Shown piece after piece: positions 38,500 to 51,483 of a stretch of DNA of 64,000 bases (its first letter is position 1; every line of letters starts with the position of its first letter). Under the pieces are notes generated by a model, which did not search any database, was not told where the DNA came from, and was given only the letters and a program-made list of their open reading frames with translations. Source of the stretch: the human T2T-CHM13v2.0 reference genome, Homo sapiens; assembly GCF_009914755.1 (NCBI RefSeq), contig NC_060948.1. The stretch is one strand, 5' to 3'. The translations under genes and the position numbers were made by a program.

Positions 38500-39125
38500 T
38501 GATCCAGATATGAGTGACAAATGGTCCATGACACATCCCTACTCAGGAGATCCTGAGAACATGTGCCCCAGGTGGTATGTTCACAGCCTACATTTATGCA
38601 TTTTAGAGAGACCTGAGACATCAATCAAACACATGTAAGATGTACATTGGTTTGGTCCAGGAAGGATGGACAACTTGAAAATAGTGATGGTGTGGGGCTG
38701 GGCTTTCAAGTTACAGGTAGATATAAATATGTTTTAATTGGCAGTTGGCTGAAAGAGTTAAATTATTATCTAAAAACATAAAATCAATAGACAGGAATGA
38801 CTGGGTTACAATAAATAATAAGGGCTGTAGAGACCAAAGTTTTATTATGATGATGAAGCCTCCATGTAGCAGGCTCGAGAAAATAGGTGGTAAATATTCC
38901 TTATCAGATTTAAGGTATGTGTTGCTGTTAGTGGTGGTCAACTTTTTCTAAAGTTCAAAAGGGAATAGTATGTAATGAAGCATGTGTGTCCCTCTTTCTT
39001 GTCAGGAAGTGAAGCAATTTTGGAATGCTCTTGATCAAAAGGAGGGGTCCATTCAGATGGCTGTGGTTGGTGGGGGGACAGGAGAGTTAATTTTTTTTAA
39101 CAAGTGTTTCATTTCTGTTTACAAA
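38500..39125 (-). mobile_element. MER4-family ERV1 LTR fragment
   Basis: CTCAGGAGATCCTGAGAACATGTGCCCCAGGTGGT..GAGACATCAATCAA..TGTACATTGGTTTGGTCCAGGAAGG. Confidence 0.8.
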
Positions 39126-39483
39126 AGTATAACCTATTAAAGTGTTATAAATTATAATTATCTAAGAGAAAAAAGGGATTTCTTAAATCTAAAAACATAG
39201 AAAATAACCTAACCCATCAAACCTTATGGATTTTTTTTTCTTTCTGTTTTTAAAGTTGCCAAGGATGCTTTGCTTGTAAGTCATATATTTGACCTGTTGA
39301 CCATCTGGGTATAGTTCTGTTGCTTCTTCAAAAATTGTACCCAGCAACCTTCCAAAAGTGTTTTTAAGTAAATTTCTTAAATTGTAGCAATAAACAAAAT
39401 GAAAAGACAATATTAAACATTACTGAGGTTTATCAAAGGACATACAAAATTTCAACTCTTATTCCTTTCCTTCTTCTTCTCCT

Positions 39484-39738
39484 TTTATTTTTATTTTGAG
39501 ACAGGGTCTCATTCTTTTTCCCAGCCTGGAGTGCAGAAGTGCTATGATGGCTCACTGCAGCCTCTAACTGCTGAGCTCAACTGATCTTCTGCCTTAGCTT
39601 CAGTTATCATATCTGGCTAACTTTTTGTATTTTTTGAGAGAGACAAAGACTTGCCATGTTGCCTGGACCTGTCTTAAATGCCTGGACTCACATTATCTGC
39701 CTGCCTTGGCCTCCAAAAGTGCTGAGATTACAGGCATT
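39484..39738 (-). mobile_element. AluJ-like SINE
   Basis: GAGACAGGGTCTC..GGCTCACTGCAGCCTC..CCTTGGCCTCCAAAAGTGCTGAGATTACAGGC. Confidence 0.85.
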
Positions 39739-40016
39739 AATATAACATTTATGTTAGGGTTAGATAAAAATCAATCTTTTGGCTAAGTTATGAACATGCA
39801 TATTATGCAATTATATATGTCTAATTTTCATCATTTTCTATGTCAACATTACTCATTTTAAAGTCATATTCAAGGGGTAAGGCAAAACCGCCTATGAATT
39901 GGCATATTTGTTTATTTCTCTGTTTGTGAAAATGTCCATAGTTTTTTCAGAATACAAATAAATTTCAACTCTGTTATGCAAAAAAACAGAATAGAATCTT
40001 CTTTGCAATTAATTTT

Positions 40017-40748
40017 TTTCTTTTATTACTATACTTTAAGTTTTAGGGTACATGTGCACATTGTGCAGGTTAGTTACATATGTATACATGTGCCATGCTG
40101 GTGCGCTGCACCCACTAACTCATCATCTAGCATTAGATATATCTCCCAGTGCTATCCCTCCCCCCTCCCCCCACCCCACAACAGTCCCCAGAGTGTGATG
40201 TTCCCCTTCCTGTGTCCATGTGATCTCATTGTTCAATTCCGACCTATGAGTGAGAATATGCGGTGTTGGGTTTTTTGTTCTTGCGATAGTTTACTGAGAA
40301 CAATGATTTCCAATTTCATCCATGTCCCTACAAAGGACATGAACTCATCATTTCTTATGGCTGTATAGTATTCCATGGTGTATATGTGCCACATTTCCTT
40401 AATCCAGTCTATCATTGTTGGATATTTGGGTTGGTTCCAAGTCTTTGCTATTGTGAATAATGCCGCAATAAACATATGTGTGCATGTGTCTTTATAGCAG
40501 CATGATTTATAGTCTTTTGGGTATATACCCAGTAATGGGATGGCTGGGTCAAATGGTATTTCTAGTTCTAGATCCCTGAGGAATCGCCACGCTGACTTCC
40601 ACAATGGTTGAACTAGTTTACAGTCCCACCAACAGTGTAAAAGTGTTCCTATTTCTCCACATCCTCTCCAGCACCTGTTGTTTCCTGACTTTTCAATGAT
40701 TGCCATTCTAACTGGTGTGAGATGGTATCTCATTGTGGTTTTGATTTC
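40017..40748 (-). mobile_element. Young 5'-truncated L1PA2/3-like insertion with target-site duplication
   Basis: L1 3' UTR plus uninterrupted ORF2 C-terminus (40233-40817 ORF, ..[23 protein letters not shown]). TSD TGCAATTAATTTT (40004-40016) / TGCGATTAATTTT (40749-40761). Confidence 0.92.
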
Positions 40749-41389
40749 TGCGATTAATTTTATAGTTACCTTGCATACAGGGAATGTGCTACCTATAAAA
40801 AATATGAACTGAACCACAGGCCTTAAACACTAAAAAAAATTTAAGAGTTTATTCTAATTTATTTTATCCTATAAATCAATTGTATTTATATACAATATAG
40901 AAAGTTCACAGCCATCAACAGTTCTACTGCAGTTTCAGGTGAAATGGGAATTTAGGAATTTCTGTGGAACTGTAGGCGCAGTGAAACATTTAGGTAAAAT
41001 ATGTGTATGCCTTTAGCAGCACTTGTGAAGGGACGTCTCTCAAATTAAACTCAATGCATTTCTTCTCAGCAAAATGACCTGGGCCACTCTCCCTGGCTTT
41101 CACTGTTGCTGATGTTCATGCATGTTCTCTTTTTATCATTAATTTATGACTCTGAAGATATCCATTTGACATCGTGGCATGAGGGCTTTCAAAACCACTG
41201 TAGATTTTCTACTCTTCATCCATTATGTACTTAAGTATTTCTACTTTGACTCCCCAGGAACTTGAGTAGTTTCTGCTTAGCCCATGGACAGTGCAGCCCA
41301 GGTCCCAATAAAGCAGCACAGACCCCACTCCAAGGCCACCCCCAACCCCAGCTGCCTGCTCCTGTGTGTTCAAGGGAAGTTGGAGAACA

Positions 41390-42110
41390 TGCAGCTTGTT
41401 GTTTTTACAAATAAAATTGTTGTGTTAATTTCATTTTCATATCATTTATTGCTAGTGTATACAAATAGATTTTAGTGTATTGATATATATACTGTATGTT
41501 TGTTTAATTTGTTTATTAGATTTTATTATTTCTTGTTGATTTCTTATGATTTTCTGTATATGAGATCATGAGATCCATGAGTAGGTAGTTTTATTTTATT
41601 TTTTGACATATGAATGGCTTCATATATATTTTTCTTTTCCAATTATTTCGGATGGAACTTCTAATACAGTATCAAATGCAATGATGAAAGTGAGCATCAG
41701 TGCTGTGTTCTTCATCTTAAAGCTTTTGTTCCCAACAATTCAGACGCTGATTGTTATGGGTTTTGTATAAAGACGTGTTATCATGTGAAAGACATTTTAA
41801 TCACAGTTTATTGGATGTTGTTATCAGTAAACATGTTGACTAACTTTAAGTATTTTCTGTAACAGTTGAGATATACATGTACTGTTTTCCCAGCATTTAA
41901 TTTACATGGTATATTGAAGAGGGATGGCTTCAGAATGTTAAAACAAGCCTCAATTTTCTAGAAAAAAAACGTAATCACATAGGTGCATAATGTCTTCCTC
42001 GTGTAGTTAATTCCATGTACTATTATTTGGTTACATAATCTAATGTCTCTAATTATCATATTTGTTAACATTTAGTGTTTTGTCCCAGTGACATCATCTG
42101 TTTAATTCAA
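41390..42110 (-). mobile_element. Old L1M fragment
   Basis: ATTGCTAGTGTATACAAATAGATTTT..GAACTTCTAATACAGT..GAAAGTGAGCATC antisense L1 ORF2-like sequence. Confidence 0.6.
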
Positions 42111-42119
42111 TTTTCAATT

Positions 42120-43428
42120 GGAGTTAAGAGGTAAGGTTAAGTGTACTCTTATGGGCATTAGGGGTTAGAGTCATAGATGATATATTTAAAATTCTTTGAA
42201 GGGTGATATGATAATATTAAGAATGGGATAGAAGTTTGGGATTAGGAATAGGGGTTTACAATTGCAGAAAAAAGTTTAGATTGAGGGTTAGATCTGGGGT
42301 TGGGTTAGAGGTCAGTGTTGTGGTAGGATTAGGGTTATGATTAGGATTAGGATTAGGGACAGGGTTAAAGTTTAGTGTTATGTTTAGGGCTACAGTTAGA
42401 ATCAAGATTAGATGTTAGTTTTAGGGTCAGGTTATGTTTAGGTTTAGGGTAAGAAATAGGCCTACAGTTAGAGGTTGTTGTTAGTGTAGGGTTAGGTTCT
42501 GGCTTAACTTCATGGTGAGGGTTAGAGTTAGTGCTTAGGGTGAGAGTTAAGGTGACGGTGAGGGTTAGGGTAAGAGGGTTAGTGCATTAGCGTTAGGGTT
42601 TGGGTTTAGGGTTTGTGTTAGGATAAGAATAAGGATTCGGTTTAGGGTTTCAGGTTAGCATTAGGGTTAGTGTTTAGGGTGCAGTGTTATTTTTAGGGTT
42701 ATTGTTTAGCATTTAGGTTAGGGTTAGGGTCACTTTAGGGTTAGGATGAGGGGTTAGTGTTTGGCCTAGTGTTAAGCTTTAGGGTTAGCGTTAGGGTGGG
42801 TTTAGTTTTAGGGTTAGAGTTCAGGGTTACAGTTGGGATTGGGTTTATTATATGTGATTATAGTTAGCATTTAAGTTTTAGTGTTAGAGCTATGGTTGCA
42901 GTTGCATTTGAGGTTGTGGGTTAGAGTTAGGGTTAGGGTTAGTGTCAGGATTAAGTTTAGGGATATGGTCAGCATATTTTTAGAATTAGGGTTGGGGTAG
43001 GAATTTGGATTAGGGATGTTGGTTATGTGTTATGCTTATGTTTTTAAGGTTAGAATTTTAATTTTCAGGTTAGAGTTAAGGGTGCTTTTAGGGTTAGGTT
43101 TGAAGGAGCTTTAGGGGTCAGAGTTAGAGTTAGGGGTTAGGGTTCAGTGTTTAGAGGTAGTGTTAGAGTTAGGGTTTGGTTTAGTATTTCTGTTAGTGTT
43201 TTTCTGAGTGTTATGTTTAAGGGTAGATTTAGGGTTTGGGGTAGATTTAGGGTTAGGGGTAGGTGTAGGTGTATGTTTAGGGTTATGGGTTGCGGTAGGG
43301 TTATATTTATGGATAGGGATATGTTTTGTTAATGGTTCAGGTTGGGTTTATGTGGAGATTAGGGTTAGGGCTTGAGGGTTATTGTTAGTGTTTTAGTGTT
43401 AGTAATAGGGGTTATATTTAGGGTTAGA
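42120..43428 (+). repeat. Degenerate interstitial telomere-like (TTAGGG)n tract
   Basis: About 1.3 kb with 6-bp periodicity: TTAGGG, TTAGAG, TTAGTG, TTTAGG, TGAGGG variants, e.g. GTTAGGGTTAGGGTTAG at ~42926; strongly G/T-biased strand. Confidence 0.93.
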
Positions 43429-43524
43429 CATCTTTTTCACCCATCTTCACCCGACTAATCAGCACTCTCTTTCTGACTTCTGAGGTTCATATGCATTCCA
43501 TACGTATTTAGATTATTTGTTTAT

Positions 43525-43845
43525 TTGTTTGTTTGTTTATATATGTTTGTTTATTTATTTATTGGAGACGGAGTTTCACTCTTGTTGACGTGACTGGAGT
43601 AGTATGGTTTGACCTCAACTCACACAACCTCCGCCTCCCAGGTTGAAGCGATTATCCTACCTCAGCTCCTGAGTAGCTGAGATTAAAGGCATCCACCATC
43701 ACACCTAACTAATTTTGTATTTTTATTAGAGACACGGTTTCTCCATGTTTGTCAGGCTGGTCTCAAACTTTCAACTGCAAGTGATCCATCTGCCTTGGTC
43801 TCCTGAATTGCTGGTATTATAGACAAAAGCCACCATGCCCTGCAT
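43525..43845 (-). mobile_element. AluS-like SINE with (TTTA/TTTG)n tail
   Basis: GAGACGGAGTTTCACTCTTGTTG..AACCTCCGCCTCCCAGGTT..CAGGCTGGTCTCAAAC. Confidence 0.88.
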
Positions 43846-43849
43846 CAGA

Positions 43850-44315
43850 CTTTGAAATAACCTGACTTAAAGTGGATCTACCAACAATGTGCCACCTCTT
43901 CACTGTGAGTTGTACACTTCTTGGGATTGCACGGCTGCAAATGGATATGTCTTCTCCAAACTTAAAGCTGCAGATACATCTCAACAACCTTCCTGCAGAT
44001 AGACGCTACCCACTCTGAAACTTCTCTCCACTGAAGCCTTCAGTGATGTTTTAACAACCTGCTTCTTCATCTTGTCTCTCTTGGCCCTGTCTTCACTGAG
44101 TGTTGCAGAGATGCAGGTATTTCCTGTTTTTGAAATGGACTTACCCACTTTCTGTCTCCTGAAAGCTGCGCCATCACTCAATAAAGCATCTATTTACCCT
44201 AATTATTCTCCTGTTTTCCACATACATAATTCTCCCTGGATATGCATCAAGAATTCAAGACCCACTTAATGGAGAACCTGAAGATTAGTAACAGAAACAA
44301 GGCTGAAACACAGAA
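43850..44315 (+). mobile_element. ERV1 LTR fragment (MER52-like)
   Basis: GCTACCCACTCT..CACTCAATAAAGC..GACCCAC..GTAACAGAAACAAGGCTGAAACAC; related sequence continues at 49310-49900. Confidence 0.55.
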
Positions 44316-44329
44316 ACCCACACTTAACA

Positions 44330-45345
44330 TCAACACAGATTCTATTCCTTGTGCTGAGACTCAGATTTTTTTCGGCACACCACACTCTCTCATTGACCTG
44401 TTTTAACTTCATCTTTAACTTTACAGTAAATAAGGGCATTACTTTTCTCTAGCACAACTGAATTATATGAGGCAAAGTCCTTAATTTGAGTCATAACCAC
44501 TTGGGGGAAAAGTTGCAGTCCAAGACACCTGAGAGACCAGGTCTCTGGCACATGCCTCCCATGCTTTCAGCTTTCTCCCACCAATCAACATTACATTGGC
44601 CTATGCTTCACCCATCATCTTGGGAAATTTAATGGTAAAACAGCAACCTGGACTCTGTCCAAAGGTCATAGAAGCAGTTTAAAACCAAGCCTTTTTGTTA
44701 GCCTAAACCAAATCACAAAGAGGAAGTATGGATGCATCTAGTCAAATGGCTGGGCTATTGGCTGATACAACAATAGGCTTCTTAAACTGAATGAAACTAT
44801 TCACAATGTTCTTTACAGTATCCACTCTTTCAATGCTTTCTCTGTTTCTGTCATTTCTTAAATGCAAACAAAATCAAGACCTCAGCAAGGGACGCAGCCA
44901 TCTGCACTAGGCAGCATAAGCTTCCTGTCATCTGCAGCAGCCCTATACAGAGCATTCTTGATTTTTTTTCATTACTTCAATATTTAGTGAGTTGTTCTCT
45001 GTCAATCTCATTGATAGCACTTTCTGGGTAAAGCCATCATTTTCCCTCACCAAAATGTTTCTGAGTCTACTGGCACTTTCTATTAGCCTTATGGTTAAAT
45101 ACATCCTTTTGATAAAAGGCTGGTCTTTTTCATCATCAATAATCTCTCTTTTCCCCCCTCTCATGCTTGGAACAAATGTATGGATGTTTTTTTCTTCCAT
45201 TGGCTGTTTATGGAATTGCTAATACCAGTGTACCTTCCTTGTTAGCTGAGCCCGTAACCATGGAAGCAGTAACCGAGCCAGACCCCTGAGACATTAGTGG
45301 GTGTATCTTGCACCTGTTCTCTTCTCCAGTCTGTTCTGCATCAGG
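44330..45345 (-). pseudogene. CDY: CDY-family pseudogene fragment (linker and crotonase-like domain; chromodomain absent)
   Basis: Minus-strand translation gives IHPLMSQGSGSVTASMVTGSA, DQPFIKRMYLTIRLIESAS..ENDGFTQKVLS, AAADD, FIQFKKPIVVSANSPAI*LDASILPLCDLV*ANKKAWF*, FGQSP, and SAQGIES, collinear with CDY1/CDY2. It is intronless with several stops and frameshifts. Confidence 0.93.
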
Positions 45346-45349
45346 ATAT

Positions 45350-46025
45350 TTATCTTTACCTTAATCTTTGTTTATTTGTACTGCTGTTCGATGTCCTTTC
45401 ATTTTACCCTGGAATAATACATAAGGCATTTATTAAATGGTTGTCTACTGGCAAAAGAATGTGGCTTTTATTTAGGAATTTCATAATTTCTCCCTCATTT
45501 TTGATGGACACTTTGTTTAAACATAACATTTGTTTGAATTTTTTTTTCTTACTGCATTTGGAATATATGAGTCTACCCTGAGTTTTCAGATAAGAAATTC
45601 CTTGATTATTTATGAGGGGTTCTTTCATACATTACTGGTCAAAATTTCTTTGGCTGCTTTCAAGATTCTCTTTGTCTTTATTTTAGACAGTTTAACTATC
45701 ATGTATGTTTGAATGTGCCTCTTTGAGTTTATTTTACTTGGAGTTTGTTCAGTTTCTTCGGTATTTATTATCTTAAATTTGTGACAGGTTTGACCACATT
45801 TTTTTAGTCTCCCTATTTCTTTGTTTCTTTTCCTTGAACTTCCAAAATGGATAAGTGGGTCTGCTTGATGGTGTCACACTGGTTTCTAGACTGTTTTCAC
45901 ATTTATTTATTTATTTTTTCTCTTCCTGACTTAATAATTTCAATTGCCCCTTTTATTCGATTTGGTGACATTTTCTTCTGTATGCTCAAGTCTCCTTTTA
46001 AATGTCTGTAGTACTTATTTAGTTA
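45350..46025 (-). mobile_element. Old L1M fragment truncating the CDY copy
   Basis: TTTCTCCCTCATTTTTGATGGA..GGCTGCTTTCAAGATTCTCTTTGTCTT..GCTTGATGGTGTC antisense ORF1-like sequence. Confidence 0.65.
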
Positions 46026-46037
46026 GTTATTTATACA

Positions 46038-46303
46038 ATTTTTTTTGAGATGGAGTCTTGCTTTGTCACCAGGCTGGAGTACAGTGCACAATCTTGGCTC
46101 ACTGCAACCTCTGCCTCTCGGGTTCAACTGATTCTCCTGCCTCAGTCTCTTGAGTAGCTGGAACTATAGATACGTGTCACCACACCCAGCTAATTTGTGT
46201 GTTTTTAGTAAAGATGGGGTTTCATCATGTTGGCTTGGATAGTCACAACTTCTTGACCTTATGATCTGTACCTTGGCATCCCAAAGTGCTGGAATTGCAG
46301 GCC
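46038..46303 (-). mobile_element. AluS-like SINE
   Basis: TTTTTGAGATGGAGTCTTGCTTTGTCACCAGGCTGGAG..CCCAAAGTGCTGG. Confidence 0.88.
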
Positions 46304-47802
46304 TCTAGTCAATTTTAATGTCAATTGTTTTATTTTTCATCTCCAGAATTTTTTTTTTTCTGAGAGCCACTGGAACTGGCCCAGAATTTTTTTTTTTTAT
46401 GTTTGAAAATAAGTTGTCATGCTTTTCCAAGAAACTGTATTATTTTAGTTTCAATCTCGTTTCTTTGAACCTAAAGTAAGACTTGCATAGAAATCACGAG
46501 TGAATTGTTCTTTTAAAGGTGCATTTGTGCCAGTCTGTGTGTTTTTATGTAAGAGCTCACATTTAAAGTTATTACAAGTAAAAAATTACTCTGACATTTT
46601 ACTTTTTTTCTATATGTTCTTTATTTTATTGGATCCTCAATTTCTCCTTTGTCCATTAAAAAATGTTAACTTTTTAAAACTTTTTTCTGTATTTTTATGT
46701 TATAATTCATTATATTTGGGACTTTAATTGTATTCTAAACTTAATAGAGCCTTCTTTGAATAATATTAACTTATTTGAATAATCTAAATTTTAATTTCAA
46801 CAATATAAATATATGCTGCTCTTGTACTTTTCTTTCTCAGTTTATATTATTGTCTCAGATTTTATCTGCACACACTGAGTGTCCATTAAAGTAAATTTGT
46901 AATTTTTTATGTAATAGCTGCCTACCAGAGCTGTAATAGTAATAGCTAACTTTGCCAGAATTGTAATAGTAATAGCATTTCTTTTTTTTTTAGAGAAAGG
47001 TTAACCATACATTGAATACATTCCATTAGCATTATGAATAAGAGTGATATATAAACTATTATTTTTTAAATACTGGATCTGTATTAACAAATCTGTTATA
47101 TTGTCTATTGTAGGAAATAACTGTATTCTTTGCTTTCAACAACTTAAAATTTTGTTTGTGACCAATTCCTGGCATTTTCAACCAAGAGTGACTTCTGAGT
47201 TTGGCAAAACAGTAATAAATATGTTTCATCAATTGTTTATTTATCTTCTAGAAAGACTAGAACAAACACAATAAATTAACACACAAGTGCTTCTTCACTC
47301 CTCCCAGAATTAGGAACCAGGGTTTAAAATGGAAAATGTGGATTTCAATTTTGAAGGCTTCATCTGTGCCTGGGAGGCAGTATGGCAATCTAAAAAAAAT
47401 TTACTACTTTAAAATTGTCTCTTTGGATGGATTCCTTGGTTGATACAAACAATTGATTTACAGGGTTCAGACAGTGTTTGATTGGTGTGATGTTTCTTTG
47501 AATGGTTCAAAGCTGCCAGGCCTGCAGTTTTGCCTGCGTTTTTATTTGGGAAGCACTGATTGTTTTGTAATCTCAGAGTTTATTTTTATTTAGGAGATCT
47601 ATGTTTTTGTCCCATGAAAATGTTGTTTAAAACACTTAAATTGAAAGTTACACTTTTAATTTATGTTTCCAGTTGTTAGGTTTTTGTTTTAGTGGTTACG
47701 GTATGAAGTTTGTTGTTTGCTTTCTATTAATTGATATTATCAATTTAGTATAAAGGGCAAGGGGCAATATTCTCTTATGTAGTACATCTTGGTTTTATGT
47801 AA

Positions 47803-47890
47803 AACATGTATATATGTAACAAACCTGCACGTTGTGCACATGTACCCGAAAACTTAAAGTATAATAAAAAATAAAAACAAACAAAAAGTA
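47803..47890 (+). mobile_element. Very short L1PA 3' terminus
   Basis: ATGTAACAAACCTGCACGTTGTGCACATGTACCCGAAAACTTAAAGTATAATAAAAAA. Confidence 0.85.
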
Positions 47891-48518
47891 TAAAATAATT
47901 TGTTTCCAAAGTGACTTTCAAGTACATATCTAAATAAAACAATAAGGGAATAATTATGTAAGCATGCAGCAAGATCTACAAGTGTGATGATCTCTGGCAG
48001 AAGCCTGTATAAACAGTTTGAAAAACGACCAGGTCACTGTGGATGGAGCAGACTGTGGAAGGAGCAGACTGTGGAAGGAAAACGATTGCAGACAATGAGC
48101 TCATGGGGGTAACACAAAGTCCATGTGATTGTCTAGGGTTTCTACAGGTCAGTAGATTTTACTTGAGTTTTACTCTAAGCCAAGTTCATGACTGGAAGTG
48201 GAATTGGTAAGGTTGTTACTAGCATCTAGTGCCAAGAGGCTAGAAATGCTGTTGAATATCTTAAAATCTAGTGTCAGGCACCTTTGAGCAATTAACAGTA
48301 TTGAACCATCTCTCCAGAAAATTGTAAACAAAAAAATAGGAGCACACTTTTAGAACAATTTGATTTTATATATTCACAGTCACTTAACTCAAAATCCCTG
48401 GTTTCTGTAAATCGGAAGGATTTTAAGAAGCTCTTTTAAAGTTCAGTTGATTCAAGTTAGGGTAAGCGTTAGTAAAGTAAAGTCAGTTCAGTTAATCAAT
48501 AATTAGAAATTAAACTAT

Positions 48519-48840
48519 AGGCCGGGTGCGGTGGCTCACGCCTGTAATCCCAGCACTTTGGGAGGCCAAGGCTGTCCAATCACCAGGTCAGGAGATGGAG
48601 ACCATCCAGGCTAACTTGGTGAAACCCCGTCTCTACTAAAAATACAAAAAAAAAAAAAAGAAAAAAAATTAGCTGGACATGGTGGCGGGAGCCAGTAGTC
48701 CCAGCTCCTCCGGAAGCTGAGGCAGAATGGCGGGAACACCCGGGAGGCAGAGTTTGCAGCAAGCTGAGATCGCGCCACTGCACTCCAGCCTGGGCAACAG
48801 AGCGAGACTCCGTTTCCAAAAAAACAAATAAAAACAAAAA
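48519..48840 (+). mobile_element. Full-length AluY-like SINE
   Basis: GGCCGGGTGCGGTGGCTCACGCCTGTAATCCCAGCAC...AGAGCGAGACTCCGTTTC plus A tail. Confidence 0.95.
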
Positions 48841-49309
48841 GGTAAACTAAATATTTCCTTTTTCTCCCCTTTTCTTTTCCATTATTTTTAAATATTTATG
48901 TAAAACGCTAATATAGCAAAATAAAACCCTAGGCACACTCTATTTTTGAGATACCATGGAGAAAACTGAATCAAAGCCTTTTGGGATAGAGCTAATCCGG
49001 AATACGACTGGAAGGCATACAGAATACAGATGCACACATGTGCATTGGTACACTACATTATGCATACCCATCGAGCGTAATGATTGCCATAAGACAAATA
49101 TTAAATGTCTCTTATGACAGAAAAGTTGTGAAGATTTTACAATAACCAAGCCAAATGAAAACCAAGATTTCAAGGATTATAGCCAGGGCTAGATAATTCT
49201 AGGTGTTGAGTAGAATGAATACTCAAGCATCTTCTAGGGGAGGCCATCACTGTTGCCATAACCAGCGCAGGGATTATCTCTACAGACACAGGTGGAAGGG
49301 CTCATGGCA

Positions 49310-49905
49310 GCATGAACTTCATTTTTCCTGGATGCAGGAAAATAATATGAGATCACCTGAATGGCAGGGCTGAATGACCTGGAACACAAACGGGTAGAAA
49401 ACATTCCCCTTGCTTATCACATTGTGGTAGACAAAAATAAAACGAGAGCTGTGGCCCTTCAGGGCGCACAGACCAGGGAGCTCTCAAAGCCAGGGAGGGC
49501 TGTCACACCTTCCTTGGGGCTTTGCCTTTTCTGGCATCTGCAAGCTTCTGGGCATCACTACATTCCCCAGTATCAGCTGTGGAGGCTGCTTGCAGTAGGC
49601 CTGGCCCAGTTGCAGCTTTTCAGTGATCTAGCAGTTCTGTTGGCACCTAAAACTTCCTGACCTGACACAGCTGGCATGACTGACCATGTCTAGAGGCTGG
49701 AAGCCACACTTGCTCATACACCTCTCACCACTCATCCATGTTTGCCCTTGGCAGGTGATAACTCCAGTAACTCCAGCTGGGTGTAGCCTGCCAGGTAGTG
49801 TGGGTAGAACAAATTTAGCAGGCTTGATTAAAGCTCAGGGAAAGGCCCCACTGGCCACAGAGGATTTCATCTGACAAAGTGACTCCCCTAAAATCCCATT
49901 GCAAA
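49310..49905 (+). mobile_element. ERV1 LTR 3' part (MER52-like)
   Basis: GAGCTGTGGCCCTTCAGGG..AGGGCTGTCACACC..GGCCACAGAGG..AAAGTGACTCCCC. Confidence 0.65.
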
Positions 49906-50315
49906 AGCAGCATAGCTGGTTGTGTTTAAATGACTTACTTCTTTTAGTTCTTGAAATACTGAAAATTCAGTGTCCTACATTTTGGATTTTTTTAACCTTA
50001 TTTGGAAATGATTATATTTCAAAATTTTTACAAAATCAAATTTGAAAGATTATTATTTGCATTGAACCACCTGATCCATCTTATGTATACTGCATTTTTT
50101 TTTAAAGACGGACTTTCACTTTTGTAGTCCATGCTGGAGTGCAATGGCATGGTCTCAGCTCAGTGCACCTCTGCCTCCCAAGCAGCTGGGATTACAGGCA
50201 CCCACCATGGTGCCTAGCATGGCATTGGGCTTCAGATTAGCATTCTTTTAGTAGATTATGAAGCTTGCTTATGAAACAGTATTTCTAATTCCTGGACTTT
50301 GACATTTTGTACTTA

Positions 50316-50966
<651 letters not shown>

Positions 50967-51214
50967 CTAACATTCTGTCATTTGTGAAATAAACCAGGAT
51001 GTCCTGCATGTACTGTGGAACTTAATATAAAACAAAATTAAATTAATTAAATAAAAATAAAACTTTTTTTTCTGGATGTGGGGTTGTAGTAACTTTGAAA
51101 TGTGTGCACACTTTATTTAAAACATTTTGTAATTAAAAATCAGAGTTGTCACAAACTGCATTGAAAAGTTAAATAAGTAGTACATCTCAATTTTTAATTG
51201 ATTGAATTTGTTTT

Positions 51215-51483
51215 CTTTTATTTTTAGAATGATATCTCACATTGCCTCTTTGGCTGGAGTGCACTGGTGCAATCTTAGCACACTGCAGCACCCTGCTTCC
51301 CAGCTTCAAGTATTTATTCTTCCTCGGCTTCTTGAATAGCTGAGATTACAGGTGTGCACCACCACACCTCATGTGTTTTTACCATATTGGTCATGCTTGT
51401 CTCAATATTCAGACCTCAAGTACTCTGCCTGCCTTGGCTTCCAAAAGTACTGGAATTACATGTGTGAATCGCCATGCCTGGCC
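51215..51483 (-). mobile_element. Degenerate Alu
   Basis: GGCTGGAGTGCACTGGTGCAATCT..GAGATTACAGGTGTGCACCACCAC..GCCATGCCTGGCC. Confidence 0.8.

Noticed and set aside
40233-40817. 194-aa ORF
   Set aside because: It is the L1 ORF2 C-terminus of a truncated insertion plus flank read-in.
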